This document shows, piece by piece, positions 25,401-39,500 of a stretch of DNA of 64,000 nucleotides; the stretch's first letter is position 1, and each line of letters starts with the position of its first letter. The position numbers and the translations under genes were made by a program. This DNA comes from Bispira polyomma (Eukaryota), in the NCBI GenBank assembly GCA_965649765.1, contig OZ287750.1, positions 73,346,001-73,410,000 of the forward strand. The letters run 5' to 3'. The notes beneath the pieces were generated by a model that saw nothing but the letters and a program-made list of their open reading frames with translations, was not told where the DNA came from and ran no database searches.

Positions 25401-28400
25401 ACATTTATTTCAGTCAGAAACTATACTTAGAGAATTCATAGATGACCAACTAAATTGTCCTAGATATTGAATTCAAAATTTAAATATGACACATCCATAT
25501 AAATAACCCTGCCCAGTTACTGGAAACCCAAAGGCATAAAAGTGTAAAGATTTGTGACTTCTTTTCATTTATGCCACATATTTATATTTTGCTCCAGATA
25601 TGTAACTCACTCTTTCACCAATGTTCTTGCTCCATATTTGCCTATAATAAATAAAAATATTCCAAAATTTTGCTTAATTATAAACCACTTTTGTGAAATT
25701 TTGTCAAAATCAGACAGCCTAAAATGTGTGCAAGGTTGGATGGTTATGCAAACATTCATTAAAAGAGCAGAGAGGTCAATAGGTTATATCGTTCATTATT
25801 TACACAATGACATTATGATTAATGAAAGCACTATAATTAACTAATACAGTTAGGCTGATGTTTTAACTATGATAATTCCTTTCTACATTAGACTAGATTA
25901 ATCATTATCAATATGTACATTCATTATTACATAGAAAGTCTACATAAGTCATGGTGTTTTTAATATGGAATAACTATGATAAGATGAAATGTCTTTAATG
26001 AAAAATCATCTTAGCACAATCATTATTTTTGAATATTAAAAAGAGTACCATATAAAGTTAACAATAAAATACAGTTTAAGAAAAAAAAAATAGAAATTTT
26101 TAATGCCTCTGTTTAAGCAAACTCAGGAATAGTGTATGCTCTTTGTTTTTAAGAGTGTTTTTTTCTGTACACATTTAAAGGGATATTTTGCTATTTTTGC
26201 TCTTAAAGGTGAGTCAATGTTAATGTTAAAGGTGAGTCAATGTTACAGATTTCAATTGTTTTGAGAAGGAAAATAAACAAATAATATTTAAAGTTCCTTT
26301 TTCGCGTTTAGGTTTTAGAGACTATTTACAAGTCAAGTATTAGTAGCTATCTATTAACAACTCTAAAATTTGGTGTACCTTTTTGGTCTTTTTCCTGTTT
26401 TCCTTTGCCTTCAAAGAATGTTAACATACATCATTGATAACTCAATACAAACCCATCAAGCATAGATTATTATCAAGCATCAAACTACTTGTTGCATTTA
26501 TGATAGTCATTTTTAGAATAATTTTCATTTTGTTTTACAAATTTAAATTACATCACATCGAGTGAAACCGGGTGTATTACAAATAATATCAAATCGAAAT
26601 CTTCTGAATTATTAAATTATGAATATTAAATACACAAATCAGTCACTTTAGGCAGCTATAAATAAATTAACCAATTATCTTATGCAGCTAATAATTTTGT
26701 TATGGAACGGTCAAGTTGTTTATAAACTGCAAGTTTCAATTTTACTAAACCTTTGTCAATTCATTGTAAATTTTCTGTAAAAATAATAAATAATGGTACA
26801 CCTATGTATATTCTTGTATGTATACAGTCTACCTGGCTACTAAGATACAGTCGTCCCAAATGCAGCATGTCTAGCATATTGATAATATTTTATATGTAAC
26901 TACTATTCCCTTTCTTAGACAATAAGAATCTCACCTGAACACGTCCAGACGAGTCTGATGTTTTCTCATCCTTTTTCCCATCTGCAGAACTAAAAGATGT
27001 AAAACAAGAGTTTCTTTTTAAAAAGACACAGAAGCACAGTGTGAAATACACTAACATTGTTATGGCCACTGTAGAAGATAAAGTCCGAGAGTGTGTACCT
27101 TGTTGTCAATTTTACTTTATTACGACGAAATGCGCCCTGGCGGCTTTTGTTTTCGATGCACACTTCCAAGTCTTTGTAATATATACTCAGTTAAGTGGGA
27201 TCTAATAACTATAAATCTGACACCCCCTCAGTTTGGACGGATCGATTGATTCCAACCAATCAATGAAGGCCTTTCATCTTATTTCTAATCTTACAGCGTC
27301 CTTTTCAGAATAAAAACAACATCAGGCTGTAGCTGATAAAAATTGTTTCCAGAAAAACAAAAGCATTCTATTGAGAAAAATCCCGTTCAAAGTAGAAGGA
27401 CACTGAGTAGCAACATAACTAAGTATCAAATAGTGGAAAAGTCCCCAATGTACCCTTCTACCAAGATTAGTTTCAACATTTAAGTGATTATTGCTTGGTT
27501 GGTGTCTCATTCCTTCACGATAATTTCAAATAATTTGGTTCATTTAGTTTTAATGAAATCCTTGTGGCAAAGAATCAAACCCACAGGACAACAGGCATAA
27601 CGATAACATACTTGGTGAAGGTAATTATGGAGTAAATTGTCACACAATTGATCAATGCTACATGTACTGTTCCAGTATTAAGACTAGTCGGGAAGATTGT
27701 ATTATCTTACTCACTCGAAAGACATTTTTGACAAAAAGGATGGGAAAATTTGCAAAAATTTGAATGAAAAATTTAAAAGATGAGTTGGGATGGACCAAAA
27801 GATAAGTCTCAACTTTAAAAGGATAAGTCGTGACCTCATAAAGATAAGTCTTAACCTCATAAAGATAAGTCTGCCAGCCCTCCCCAGTGGCGACCCCTAC
27901 TGCTGTTTGAGGTGAAATTGAAAATTACAGTTTTTCCTGCACTTTAGGTCCTTGGAATGGCCAAAAGATAAGTCTTAACCTTAAAAAAATAAATCATAAC
28001 TTCATAAAGATAAGTCTTAACCTTATAAAGATAAGTCTGCCAGTCATCAGAGCAAAATATAGGTCCTTGGAAGGTTATGATTGACCCCGAGTGACCATGA
28101 TGTATCGGCCGATTGGCCCCCACTCAAACATGTTTGAAAACCATGAGTCTCCCGAGTCAATAAGATAGCTCGTTAGAACCTCAAGGACCTCGCCGATAAT
28201 GGCCCAATCGCATAATCGGAATAGTCAGGAGCTATGATCGCCATAATGGAACATAGGTAATACAGACAACAGAAGTAATTATTGATGCCTTTTATAAATA
28301 AAGCTTATTTACTTGACAGGTGCTGAAATATATATACTTGACATTCTTAACACCGACAAATATAATGCACACCAATGAAGTGTATGTTAAATGTTTTAAA

Positions 28401-30518
28401 CCCTAAAAATATGAAATTACAGTGTCCAAACCAATTTACCCTCCTGTGTCATACATTTTTTTCTAATGTATTTGGGTCTCATGTTGCTTTCAACATCTTT
28501 GGTCACATTGTCAGGGGCATATTTATTGATGAAGGAAACCAGTCCTATTTTCACTGGAAACCACAGACCAAATGGCATGTACCTGGTAAAGTTTCCCACC
28601 TAAACGAAGCAATAGAAGTTAAAAACCACTGTCCTTCACTGCTTTAACAAAAATGACCAACGACCAACACAATATAACCACATATATTGAAAGTGGCATA
28701 AATACCGATATAAATCAATGTACATTTCCTATACATCCCCTGCCAACACTTACAGCATAAACTGCTCCATTTGAACCTCCCTCTAAAAGACCATATTCTA
28801 TATCGAGAAGCTTTCATAGTCTTTCCTGAGATGGTTCTTCTATATAGTTTTTTTTTTTTTGTAAACATGTACATTCCTTACATATCCTTGCTGTATCTAC
28901 TGTTATTTCTGAACCTTGTTTAAAAGACTACCTTTCTATATTAAAACCCTTTCTAAATCTTCCTCTGGACGGTCGGTCCTTGACCTACAGGCACCACTGT
29001 AAACTCTAAATTTCATACATATCCCGCTGACTACTCCCTGCTTCACATGCTGCTGTTTAGAAAGTATAGTTCGTAAACTTGAATTGTTGGATAATAAATT
29101 TGGGATAAGGGAAGTGTAGTTCATAAAATTGATTTTTTTTAGAGAATAAATTTTGAATAAGGAAATCGTAGTTGATAAAATTGAATTTTTAGATAATAAA
29201 TTTAGAATAACGGAAATATAGTTTATAAAATTGAATTTTTGGATAATCTAAGTTCAGATAAGAGAGGTTTTTTGTGGTTACTGTATACTGTAAACTCTAC
29301 ATCCTCTGTGTCCTCCACACACCACTCACTGTTTCATCTGCTGTTGTTTTTGGACACTCTTCCAGAGGGTGATGGAAGTTCTGATGTAAGCAAAACCCAT
29401 CAGGAGGGAGGGGATGAGGAATATCGCCACAAAGATATAGACGTAAAAAGCCCTCTTCTTGGCCAAGTCATAACCAGCCACTGTGCAGATAGTCCCCTGC
29501 TGTATTTCCTGAAAACAGAAACAGATTCATTAAATCAAATTGCAGCCTTGTAGTTGTATTCTCCAAAACATTTGAAGCTCAGCTCAACCTCAGCCTTAAA
29601 TATATGGTAAACTGGCTACCAGACTTTGCTAACAGGTTCCGGTGAGGTATCATCCGACAACATTTTTACAAACAATAAAAAACATATTGTCTATGTATAC
29701 ATAATCAAATCTGTGTCAATTACATCCATGGTCGAGTCAATCCAATCACAACATACATTACAAAATAAAAATTACTCTCTTTTTTTGGTCGGATCGGATG
29801 CGGAGGGGAAGTGGAATCAAAGCTATCAAAACACTTACTCATTGACATAAGATGTATACAATGACGGGCCAGTGGATTGCTTCTAATTTCCTCTATTATC
29901 ACTATTATTACCATGGGCTTTCCTCGTGGCAATCAAACACTTCCCCAATATGTTATACAGTAAAATGACTAATTATTTTTTTAAGTTTATTTTAAGGAAT
30001 ATTGAGAGCCAGTATCAGATGCAATGTAAAATCAACAGCTACCTATGTGTTTGTAAGATGCCAATATTAATGGCTTACCAATTCAAAAGATGCCAGGTAT
30101 CAATAATGCACGTTAAAGAATCCATACTACAATATACTGTTGCTTTTCAATGGTCAATGGGGCTTTGATTGGGGGGGGGGGGGGGGTAGTTAGGGACAGA
30201 ACCATTTAAGAACATTATTACACCTTCATCAATTCTAATGTTCAACTTACTAAGATGCCTGGCATCAATATGGCACAATACAAATCCACAATACAGTACA
30301 TTATATGGTACATTGGTATTAATTGATACTCACGGCCAAGAAATATGTGGGCAAAGAGAGTGCAATGCCAAGTAGCCAGACACCTGCAATAATGATGGCA
30401 GTTCTCTTGAAGGAGCTCATCCCCTGGGCCTTCATAGGGTGATTGATGACCATGTACCTGTACAGGAGAAACAGAAGAGTATGTCATGGATAGGTAACAC
30501 ATCCAAGGCTAAACCATT

Positions 30519-30586
<68 letters not shown>

Positions 30587-33500
30587 GTCAGTTAATTTTA
30601 TCATCTTAAACTTCTTTACATCTATACTGCATAAATATCTCGGCTCATATCTCACCCCTTGCTCTCAGCAAATCAATACCCGTCGTGGTAATCCTAACAA
30701 ATTATTTCTAAATGTTCCTACTTTTGATGCCAGCATAGACAGCTCAAAAGTCCATTTCGATCGTAGTTTCTCATACGCTGCACCCAAGTTATGGAATGAC
30801 ATACCACAAGATATTAGATGCTTGCCTTCTATTTCGACTTTTAGAAGCAAGCTTAAGTCCCATCTCTATCAAAAAGCCTACCCCGATTTTTTGCGCCTCA
30901 GGAGCCGCTAGTACTGAGTTTAAGCGCCATTGTAGAATTGATTAGATTAGATTATACTAGCAAGCATTAGATAATACACTATTGTTAGGGTGAGAGGGTG
31001 TTACTTTGAACAGGCAATGTCAATGTGGCAAGATCATTTATTTTATAACATTTTAAAGTTTTTAAAAGCTGGATTCAGAGCTTTCTTCATAGCAGCTCCC
31101 ATGTTATGAGAAGAGTCTACCCGTTGAGCTAAGATCACTAAAAACACTTTCTATTTTAGCAAAATCCTGAAAACCAATCTCTTCAACATTGCTTATCCTT
31201 CTTAATATCCTCTAGTACACCACAACATCCTCTCTTATGGGCTTGCTATGTTTATGGACTACACGGTTGGTTAACTGATCCTGTTGGTATGCTTTAGAAG
31301 ATGCCTAGCATCAATAAAGTGCATTAAATATGCATAATGATAAAGGATAAAGTTCCATCCGCATACATCAAAAGTCAATATTAACCGGGCTACACAGATG
31401 CATAGAAATATAGAAGGAGATCAAACATTTGATGTGCACGGAAACAGGTTTAATGATACAACTTGTACACTTATTAACAATTTAGCTATATATACCCTAC
31501 TCACCGCTCTAGACTCATAGACATCAGGGTGAAAGCGGACCACATGAAGGAGGCGAAGTAGAGCCAGAGGACGATCTTACAGCCTATCAATTTCAGCTCC
31601 CAAATCATGTAGATAGATTCTACAGCCTGTAACATAGATGTACAACAACAATATGTCAACTATAACAAGAATACACACCAACTTCATCTTAAAGCATGCC
31701 ACATTGTGATCGATGGATTATATGACTTACAACACGATGGCACTAAGTAGAAAGCATGCCACATTGTAATGCTTCCAGCTTTGGATATAATTTAGCAATA
31801 CAAAGGTATGCGTTCCAGCATACTTTTAATGGTTTGGTCTTTGCCCCTATGCCCTAGCCCTCCACAAAGCTTGGCTCAGTGTTTTGTTTCTGTAATCCTG
31901 CAAACAGACAAAGCCAGAGCAAAATCATACAGGTCAAGCTCCCGCTTCCATGCAAGTAAGATTATATGGCCTGTGACATGAATACAGAACATCCAGATGT
32001 TTTAGCTCTTTTCCCCCAATATTAAAGCCAGATTGTGATCACACAGACCATTTCTCAAAGCTCCCACCCTGTGTAGATAAAAGCAAGAAGCAATGGCCAA
32101 CATGTGCTTAACATCATTTCGACGATCCCATAGATATAGTTGTCAAAGATGTATAACAAATGAACTCTTGAGTTCTTTTGACCATGTCTTAGTTCATTTG
32201 GGTTCAAATCCTTTGAAATATTGTTTAAACCTTTTAGGGACCAGGGTTCAAACCCTTTGAAATATTGTTTAAAACTTTTTGGGGAGCAGGATTCAAGCCC
32301 TTTAACTACTCTTTAAAATTTTTTGTGGGTTAAAGTTCTTTAACTACTCTTTGAACGAGAGTTCAAGGCCTTTAAGTATTGTTTAAAACATGTTACGGAT
32401 TAGGGTTCAAGCCCTTTATAAAAGGTCACATTTTTCCATGTTCCAGACAGTTGAATATTTTTCCAAAAGAGCAATCTTTACAATCGGGGTGTCACCTCAG
32501 TTAATCTTAACATTTGGTGAAGCCATCCCAGTTGATCTTAACAATAGGGGAAGCCACCCAGATTTACAACAATGAGGATTCCATTTTGTTGTTTTAGGGG
32601 GAATAAGGGGTAAATACACCCGGATCGACCGGGGTGGCATTAGGATTACTCTGGACTACTCCAGTTTATACGGGCCCAGAGGGGGGTAAAATCTCCAATC
32701 GGCCCATTTTCTAAACATGTTCAGAAACTTCACAATCCCGTTACTTGATCCCCGGATCACCAGGATTATGACACTAAATGTCCAGATCAATCCTGGAGCT
32801 ACAGGATTACGTCCGGGGGTACACAAAATCAGGGCTGGTCCTGATCTATCTTGACAGTGGAACAGCCACAAGTTTCTTTGTTGGGCCAGTAAGTGTTTTG
32901 TTCTGATGGGATTTTTGGTATTTTTTAACAAAAGGTCAGATAAATGTTCTTGTAACATTTGGTGGCCCTGAAAAAGGCCAATATATATTATGTCATTCTC
33001 TGAACATTGGCAGCTCTGCAGCTGCTGGAAGAGGAGGAGGACGATTTTAGAGAGATGGAAAGCTGGTGGAGGTGCGTCTGCTAGAGGTCTTGGGCAGTGT
33101 GTCGGATGTGGTGGTTGCTCCAGCTGTCGTGGTCGGTTAGCGGTCATCACTCTCCTCTGTTATTGGCTGCATATCCAGGTTTGGGTAGTCTCCTCCTGGG
33201 TTGTCTACAAGGTACAAAGACAAGGAGGTCTGGTTGTGAATGTCTGTATTCACTGATGGGATGTTGGAGATATGGAAGGGGCTGGCCGCACTCTTCTGTG
33301 GTGAAGGTATATGTATAATTGTCCCAGTCGGTGTCCGTCCCAACACCGCTATCTGCCTGGGCTGCTGCTTCTGGAAAGGGCTTTTGTCGCTGTGCATGTC
33401 GATTGGTAATACTGCGCTGGTGGTCCATGCTAATACTGCTGCGGTTGTGGTGGTCCCTGCTGGTACTATTGCTGCTGCTCTTGCTGCTGGGATGTGCGCA

Positions 33501-36500
33501 TCTAGTCTATTGGTACACAGGCCTGTACAGTTGTTGGGTTGGCAATGGTGGCTTCCATTGCTGTCGCCAATTCTGGGATGGTGGTGGTGGCATGTCATAT
33601 GAGGTGGAAGCAGAAGGTGCCTAAATCTGCTGCTGCTGATGCTGGGTTGTTAAGGTTGACAATAGCTGGAAGGTCATGGTCTGGAATTCCATAAAAAGAG
33701 TGTCTGGTAAAGTGTCAGCCTGGGCCTTGACCCAATCAAAGTAGGCCACCCTCATCCCTGATGTTTCTGGCTTCGAAGCTGCTGGCTTACCCTTGAAGTT
33801 TGACTTCGTCACGAAATGTCGGATGATGTGCGGCTTCATAAAGGTGAAATGTTCATTCACCCAGGTCTGTCTCTCAGTCAACTCGGATCGGGCCTGCCCA
33901 GATTTCAAAATACTGAGTGTGCCAAACATTGTCCTATGCAACTGAAACCATCGTTTCAACTACTCCGCATCCCTGCCCATCCTAGCCAAGATATCTGCCC
34001 AGCAAGCCTTTTTCTTGACATTGCCTTGTAGTCCTTCTGCTTTTTGTTAAAAAGCAACTCGTGTTCTCTAAGCCAGTCAACCAGGGAATCCTCCTACAGT
34101 ACTGTCAGGGCGACACTCTTGGTTTTCCCCCCTCTTCTACTTCCTGCTGGGTGACACCTTGCCCCCGGACTTGTCTCTGTCAGATTCGGAATTGGGTACT
34201 CCCTTTCTTCTTCTTCTTCCCTCCCCACCCTCCCTGTTGATTGTGTTTCCTGTTCCTCCTCTTCCCCCCCCTCCGCCTGAAGTGTAACTCCCACATGAAA
34301 CACTGCCTCCTCAGCAGCTGAGGCCATCCTCCTCTTCTTGCCTTTTCCTTTGCTCCCATTGGGTGACATTTTCAAATTTTTCAAAAATATTTTTCTTAAG
34401 TCATAAAAAAACAACAACAAAGTCATAAAAATCTATCCATCTATAAATTTGGGTAATATCTGTAATATCGGTGAAAAAATGCCAGCACTGGTGTAGACTC
34501 ATGGAAGTGTGAAGATCGAATGAGGTAGAAGTGGGCAGCTGTCCACTATTTATACCATTTATACCACTCAACATAACCACCCCGATTGTTAGGATTACTC
34601 GAGGCCCAAACAAGCTAATCCTCATTGACCCTGGTTAATCTTTACAATGGCAGTGGATCAATCGGGGTGTCACAATGATTAAACGAGAAGCCACCCAAAT
34701 TGCCCAGAGTCAATGAGGATTGCATTTTGGTGTTTTTAGGAGACGGGAAATACACCCCGATTACTCGAAGTATCAACAACATTAACCGGGGTGGCATTAG
34801 GAATATTTGGGGTTACTCCCCATTTACCAAGCGCAGAGGGTGGAAAATATCTAGGGCCATTTTCTGAACATGTTTAGAAACTTCACGGTCGCTTTATTTG
34901 CTTTCCGCATCACATGGATTACGGCCCGGACTATCCGGATCAACCCTGGATCATCATAATTTTTCAGGATAGGTACAGGATTACGTCTGAGGTGCCCAAA
35001 ATCGGGGGTGCTCCCGATCTATCTTGACAGTGAAACAGGCCATAGATCGAGTACTCTGTTGCTGAAACAGCAGTGTTTTATTGATGTGCGACTGTTACCT
35101 ATACCTATGTAAGCTATATAAATGTTTCAATTATTATTATTATTACCGATAGGTAGGATACCATGCATTAGCAAAGCTTCAAAAATCTGACAACACACCT
35201 ATAACAAAAAAAATATCATTTCCCTAATAAGTCTGTGGTTGTATATTGATTCATTCAATAGGCGTACACAATATTATAACTTATGGTCAACCTACCCAAG
35301 TGCTTGATTAATTACATATCATTATTTAAAAATATTGCCGTAAATTCGGTGTCAGATTTGTTTGAGTTATGGTAATGTCCCTCCTTGTGCGTATTGTTAA
35401 TAAATCAAAGCATCGGGACAGAAACTGGCCCTAGGTTCCTGCTATACTGTCTTGTTCATATAGACCTTGCAACACATTGGTAATATGTCGAATACATTGC
35501 AGAATGTTTAGTTATCTACAGTAAAAATACCTAAAGAGAAAATTAAGGACGGCCCAAGTTTTTGCCCAGTGAGTGTAGATGTGCGAACGAGTCTGCCACG
35601 TGACTATATATGACGTCATAACACATCCTGTACCAGCCCGTTGACGATTTGTTTTGTAATCTGACCTCACATATTGTTATTACAAGGGCTTGAGTGTCAC
35701 ACAAACTTTCAACTTGTCTGACATGGGGACAAAATCTGGCCTAAATAATATACCTTGGTATTTGTTTTCACTGTACAAAAAAATAGGTGTATTGTACACA
35801 GAACTATATTTAGTGTAGAGTTGATATCTAAGAGTGGCTTCAATTGTAGTACAGAATTATATGAGTATTTTAAGAAGATAAAGTTAAACGAGGTTCTTTC
35901 AACATTTGGCTAGATAGGCAATATACTAGTATTTACTGGTATAAATATAACATATTTGTGACCATTTTTTAAATACATGTGAGAATCTGAAATAACTAAA
36001 TGTTCATTAGTTTCCTTAAAATGTAGTTCTGTGAAAGTACATGTATCCTTGGTAATAATTTTAATGTTTTTGATACTGTCAGTGTAACATATTTCACTTA
36101 AAGGGTCAACGTATATGTGTATGGTTTAGCATTGAAGTTCGTGATGGGACAGATTTCATATCATGTGTTAAATTTTAGATAATAGTGTTTGTACATTTTA
36201 CTAATTTTAGAGAGAATTAAACTAAAAGCCTTAGTATCAAAAATACCTAGAGCGGCACTCAGTAAAGCGCATATCTCCACCGTGCTAAAAATGTTAAACA
36301 TATAATTGATAGATCTGCCATTCTGCACACAAGGTCTACTCTAAAATGTAAGGTATTTTTCATTTCACCCATGCCCCATTCATCCACTATATGTCATGTA
36401 AATTAGTTCAGTAGTTTTTGTGTTCAATTATTCTTGTGACAAACAATTACATAAACCAACTAACGAACATAGGTTATAATATAGCTTTCTCGCTTAAAGT

Positions 36501-39500
36501 AAATTTTTTTTTTTTTTTTAATTTAATTTTTGATATCTAACGTCTACTCTAGTACCTGTTTAGGTTATATTGGGACGGGTAGTTGGAAATGCTGGAAGAA
36601 ACACTGCATACAGTTGATCAAGGTTCTGCACTGAAACCAGCGGCCCACAGTAAGAAACTACCACCTTTCACACATCGATGGGATTTGAACTCACGCCGCC
36701 CAGAGGTGAGAGACCAGTGATTGTGAAGTGCAATGCTTGCTAACCACTAGGCCACCGCGGCCCCCCGCTGAACGAACTAACGAACATAGGTTATAATATA
36801 GCTTTCTCGCTTAAAGTAAATTTTTTTTTTTTTTTTATTTAATTTTTGATATCTAACGTCTACTCTAGTACCTGTTTAGGTTATATTGGGACGGGTAGTT
36901 GGAAATGCTGGAAGAAACACTGCATACAGTTGATCAAGGTTCTGCACTGAAACCAGCGGCCCACAGTAAGAAACTACCACCTTTCACACATCGATGGGAT
37001 TCGAACTCACGCCGCCCAGAGGTGAGAGACCAGTGATTGTGAAGTGCAATGCTTGCTAACCACTAGGCCACCGCGGCCCCCCGCTGAAGGTAATAACAAT
37101 ATCTTTACAAAGTACATGTATCAGTTTTACCACTACAACAAAAAACAGAAATTACACTAATAGATGATCAATAAAGTATTGCCGGTAGGTAGAAAGTTAT
37201 TTATGGTTATAACTTACACACCTACAATGTAAATTAACCTGTCCACACCCTCTCCCCCCTCCCCCTTTTTTTTTTGCAGACACAAGATTGGTTGCTATTT
37301 GTTTCCCAGCAAGGATTTAATTAGATAATTACACACCTGGGGTGAAACAGATCTGTGTTACTATCATGTAATTATCAACTTTGCCTTGAAATTTAAATAT
37401 ATAATGAATTAGAAACACTTAAAAGGTCTAAATTTACCTTGCAGGTTGGTATCCAATGTGTAGCCATTTTAACCATCCATATTTATTGAAAAGCTTTAGC
37501 AAGAAGAAAATCATCAGATTTACCTCAATCAAGGAGTTTCTGTTTCTAGTCTGTGTATGTCGGTTTGTTTGTCACCTGAATGACACAAAAAATCGTAATT
37601 TTGGTGGATGGATAGGGGTTGCAGAACAAAACCCAATGGATTTTAAACAGTTCGAAAGATCTTATGCCTTTTACTTGGGGTACAGCAGCATTGACACCAT
37701 TATAAAAAGTAAGATTAATCTCTCAAAAATCGTTACGATCCACTAAGCATTGAATTCTATATTTATACTACTTCGCTTTTTATATCGTCTGATTCCTGTT
37801 TAAATTTATACTGATTAAACTCATTCTATTCAAAGTGCCAATTCACCCTTTTCTTGACTGTCAAAGTATAGCTAACCATCACCAGTTACTGTCTTTCCCC
37901 TCTAACTGAAGACAGAAACTTGGGGATGACCATTTCTATGAATGTCACCAAGGTTTCTTAACAAGCCACTAAGAATAGGACCCAGTGACATAGGACTGCT
38001 AGTTTAAGTGGTTCTCCAAGCCACTATGTATCACTAACAATAGGACCCAATAACATAGGGCTGCTAGTTTAAGTGGTTCTCCAAGCCACTATGTATCACT
38101 AACAATAGGACCAAATGACATAGGACTGTTAGTTTAAGTGGTTCTCCAAGCCACTGTGTATCAGTGACAATAGGACCCAATGACATAGGACAGCTAGTTT
38201 AAGTGGTTCTTCAAGCCACGATGCATCACTAAGAATAGGACCCAATAACATAGGGCTGCTAGTTTAAGTGGTTCGCCAAGCCATTATGTATCACTAGCAA
38301 TAGGACCCAATGACATAGGGCTGCTAGTATAAGTGGTTCTCCAAGCCATTATGTATCAGTAACAATAGCACCCAATGACATAGGACTGCTAGTTTAAGTG
38401 GTTCTCCAAGCCATTATGTATCACTAACAATAGGGCCCAATGATATAGGACAGCTAGTTTAAGTGATTCTTCAAGCCACTGTGTATGAGTAACAATAGCA
38501 CCCAATGACATAGGACAGCTAGTTTAAGTGGTTCTCCAAGCCACTATGTATCAGGAACAATAGCACCCAATGACATAGGACTGCTAGTTTAAGTGGTTCT
38601 CCAAGCCAGTATGTATGTGCCTCTACCTGGTCGTCCCTGACTGAGATCAAACCCAGGTCCTCTATATTCCTAAGCGAGTGTGTTGCTCATTTGACCAATA
38701 TGATCAATGCAACATATTATAGGTTCTTTACCCAGAGACTATGGACACAAGGCCACCCTTTTAAGATGATCTCCCGAGCGATAATGTATCTTCGAACGAC
38801 AACAATTTACCTATAGCAGTTCTATGTATGAAGATGCCACTTTATGGCTGCTCTACTTTCCCACTTATGTGATCACTGATCTGTAATATATTCTTATAAA
38901 ATCTCAATCTAGTGTTGTAAATGTACTTTAATTATGTACACCTTATATTTTAATGTATTCATATATTTTTTTCTTTATGCTATGTATACCCATATATACT
39001 TTATTTACACCGAGTTTGAAAAATACTTTAAATAAATAAGCAACACTTGTGTCATTTGATGACAACACACATTTACGAAGGATTATGGTGTTATTGATTT
39101 TTTGTTGTCTTGTTTTACAATTTATGGCAACCCCCTAGAGAATGTGAAACTTTAATGACTATTCTGACACACTGTATACCTCTCTTTTTATCTAGATTAA
39201 CTTGATTTGGAGGACTTATTTGTATGAAAGTTTGACAGCAGATATAGATATCTATATGGGTGTTCGTGACAAGGCCTAGTTAAATCTTTTTATAGCTATT
39301 TGGTGTGTCTTTTCTCTTCTAAATCTGTTATAAGTCGAGGGAAAGAAAAGGCAAGATTACTCACAGAAAAGTCTTGCAAATAGATGATGGAGTTGTCTTC
39401 CTATATATATTAATCATAGATTTTGTTGGAAATTGTTGGAGCTGTTGGAACTTATTTTGAAGTAGTTATAATGGTGCTGGGAAGAAGTTTGTAAATTAAA

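Noticed and set aside
26982-26985. Alternative CAG acceptor for exon 7
   Set aside because: Shifts the frame and meets TGA within five codons.
28417-28940. Possible coding remnant in intron 6
   Set aside because: Frames are short or stop-ridden with no recognisable domain, and the GPCR model needs no exon here.
32990-33624. Cluster of overlapping ORFs on both strands
   Set aside because: By-products of the GC-rich, low-complexity tail of the decayed MADF ORF.
32482-35041. LTR retrotransposon
   Set aside because: No TG..CA ends, PBS, PPT or gag/pol; repeats end in a DNA-transposon-like terminus and the interior is MADF-like.
37962-38615. Regular repeats here and at 43340-43626 as CRISPR arrays
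   Set aside because: Units are contiguous with no unique spacers, there are no cas genes, and the context is eukaryotic intron.
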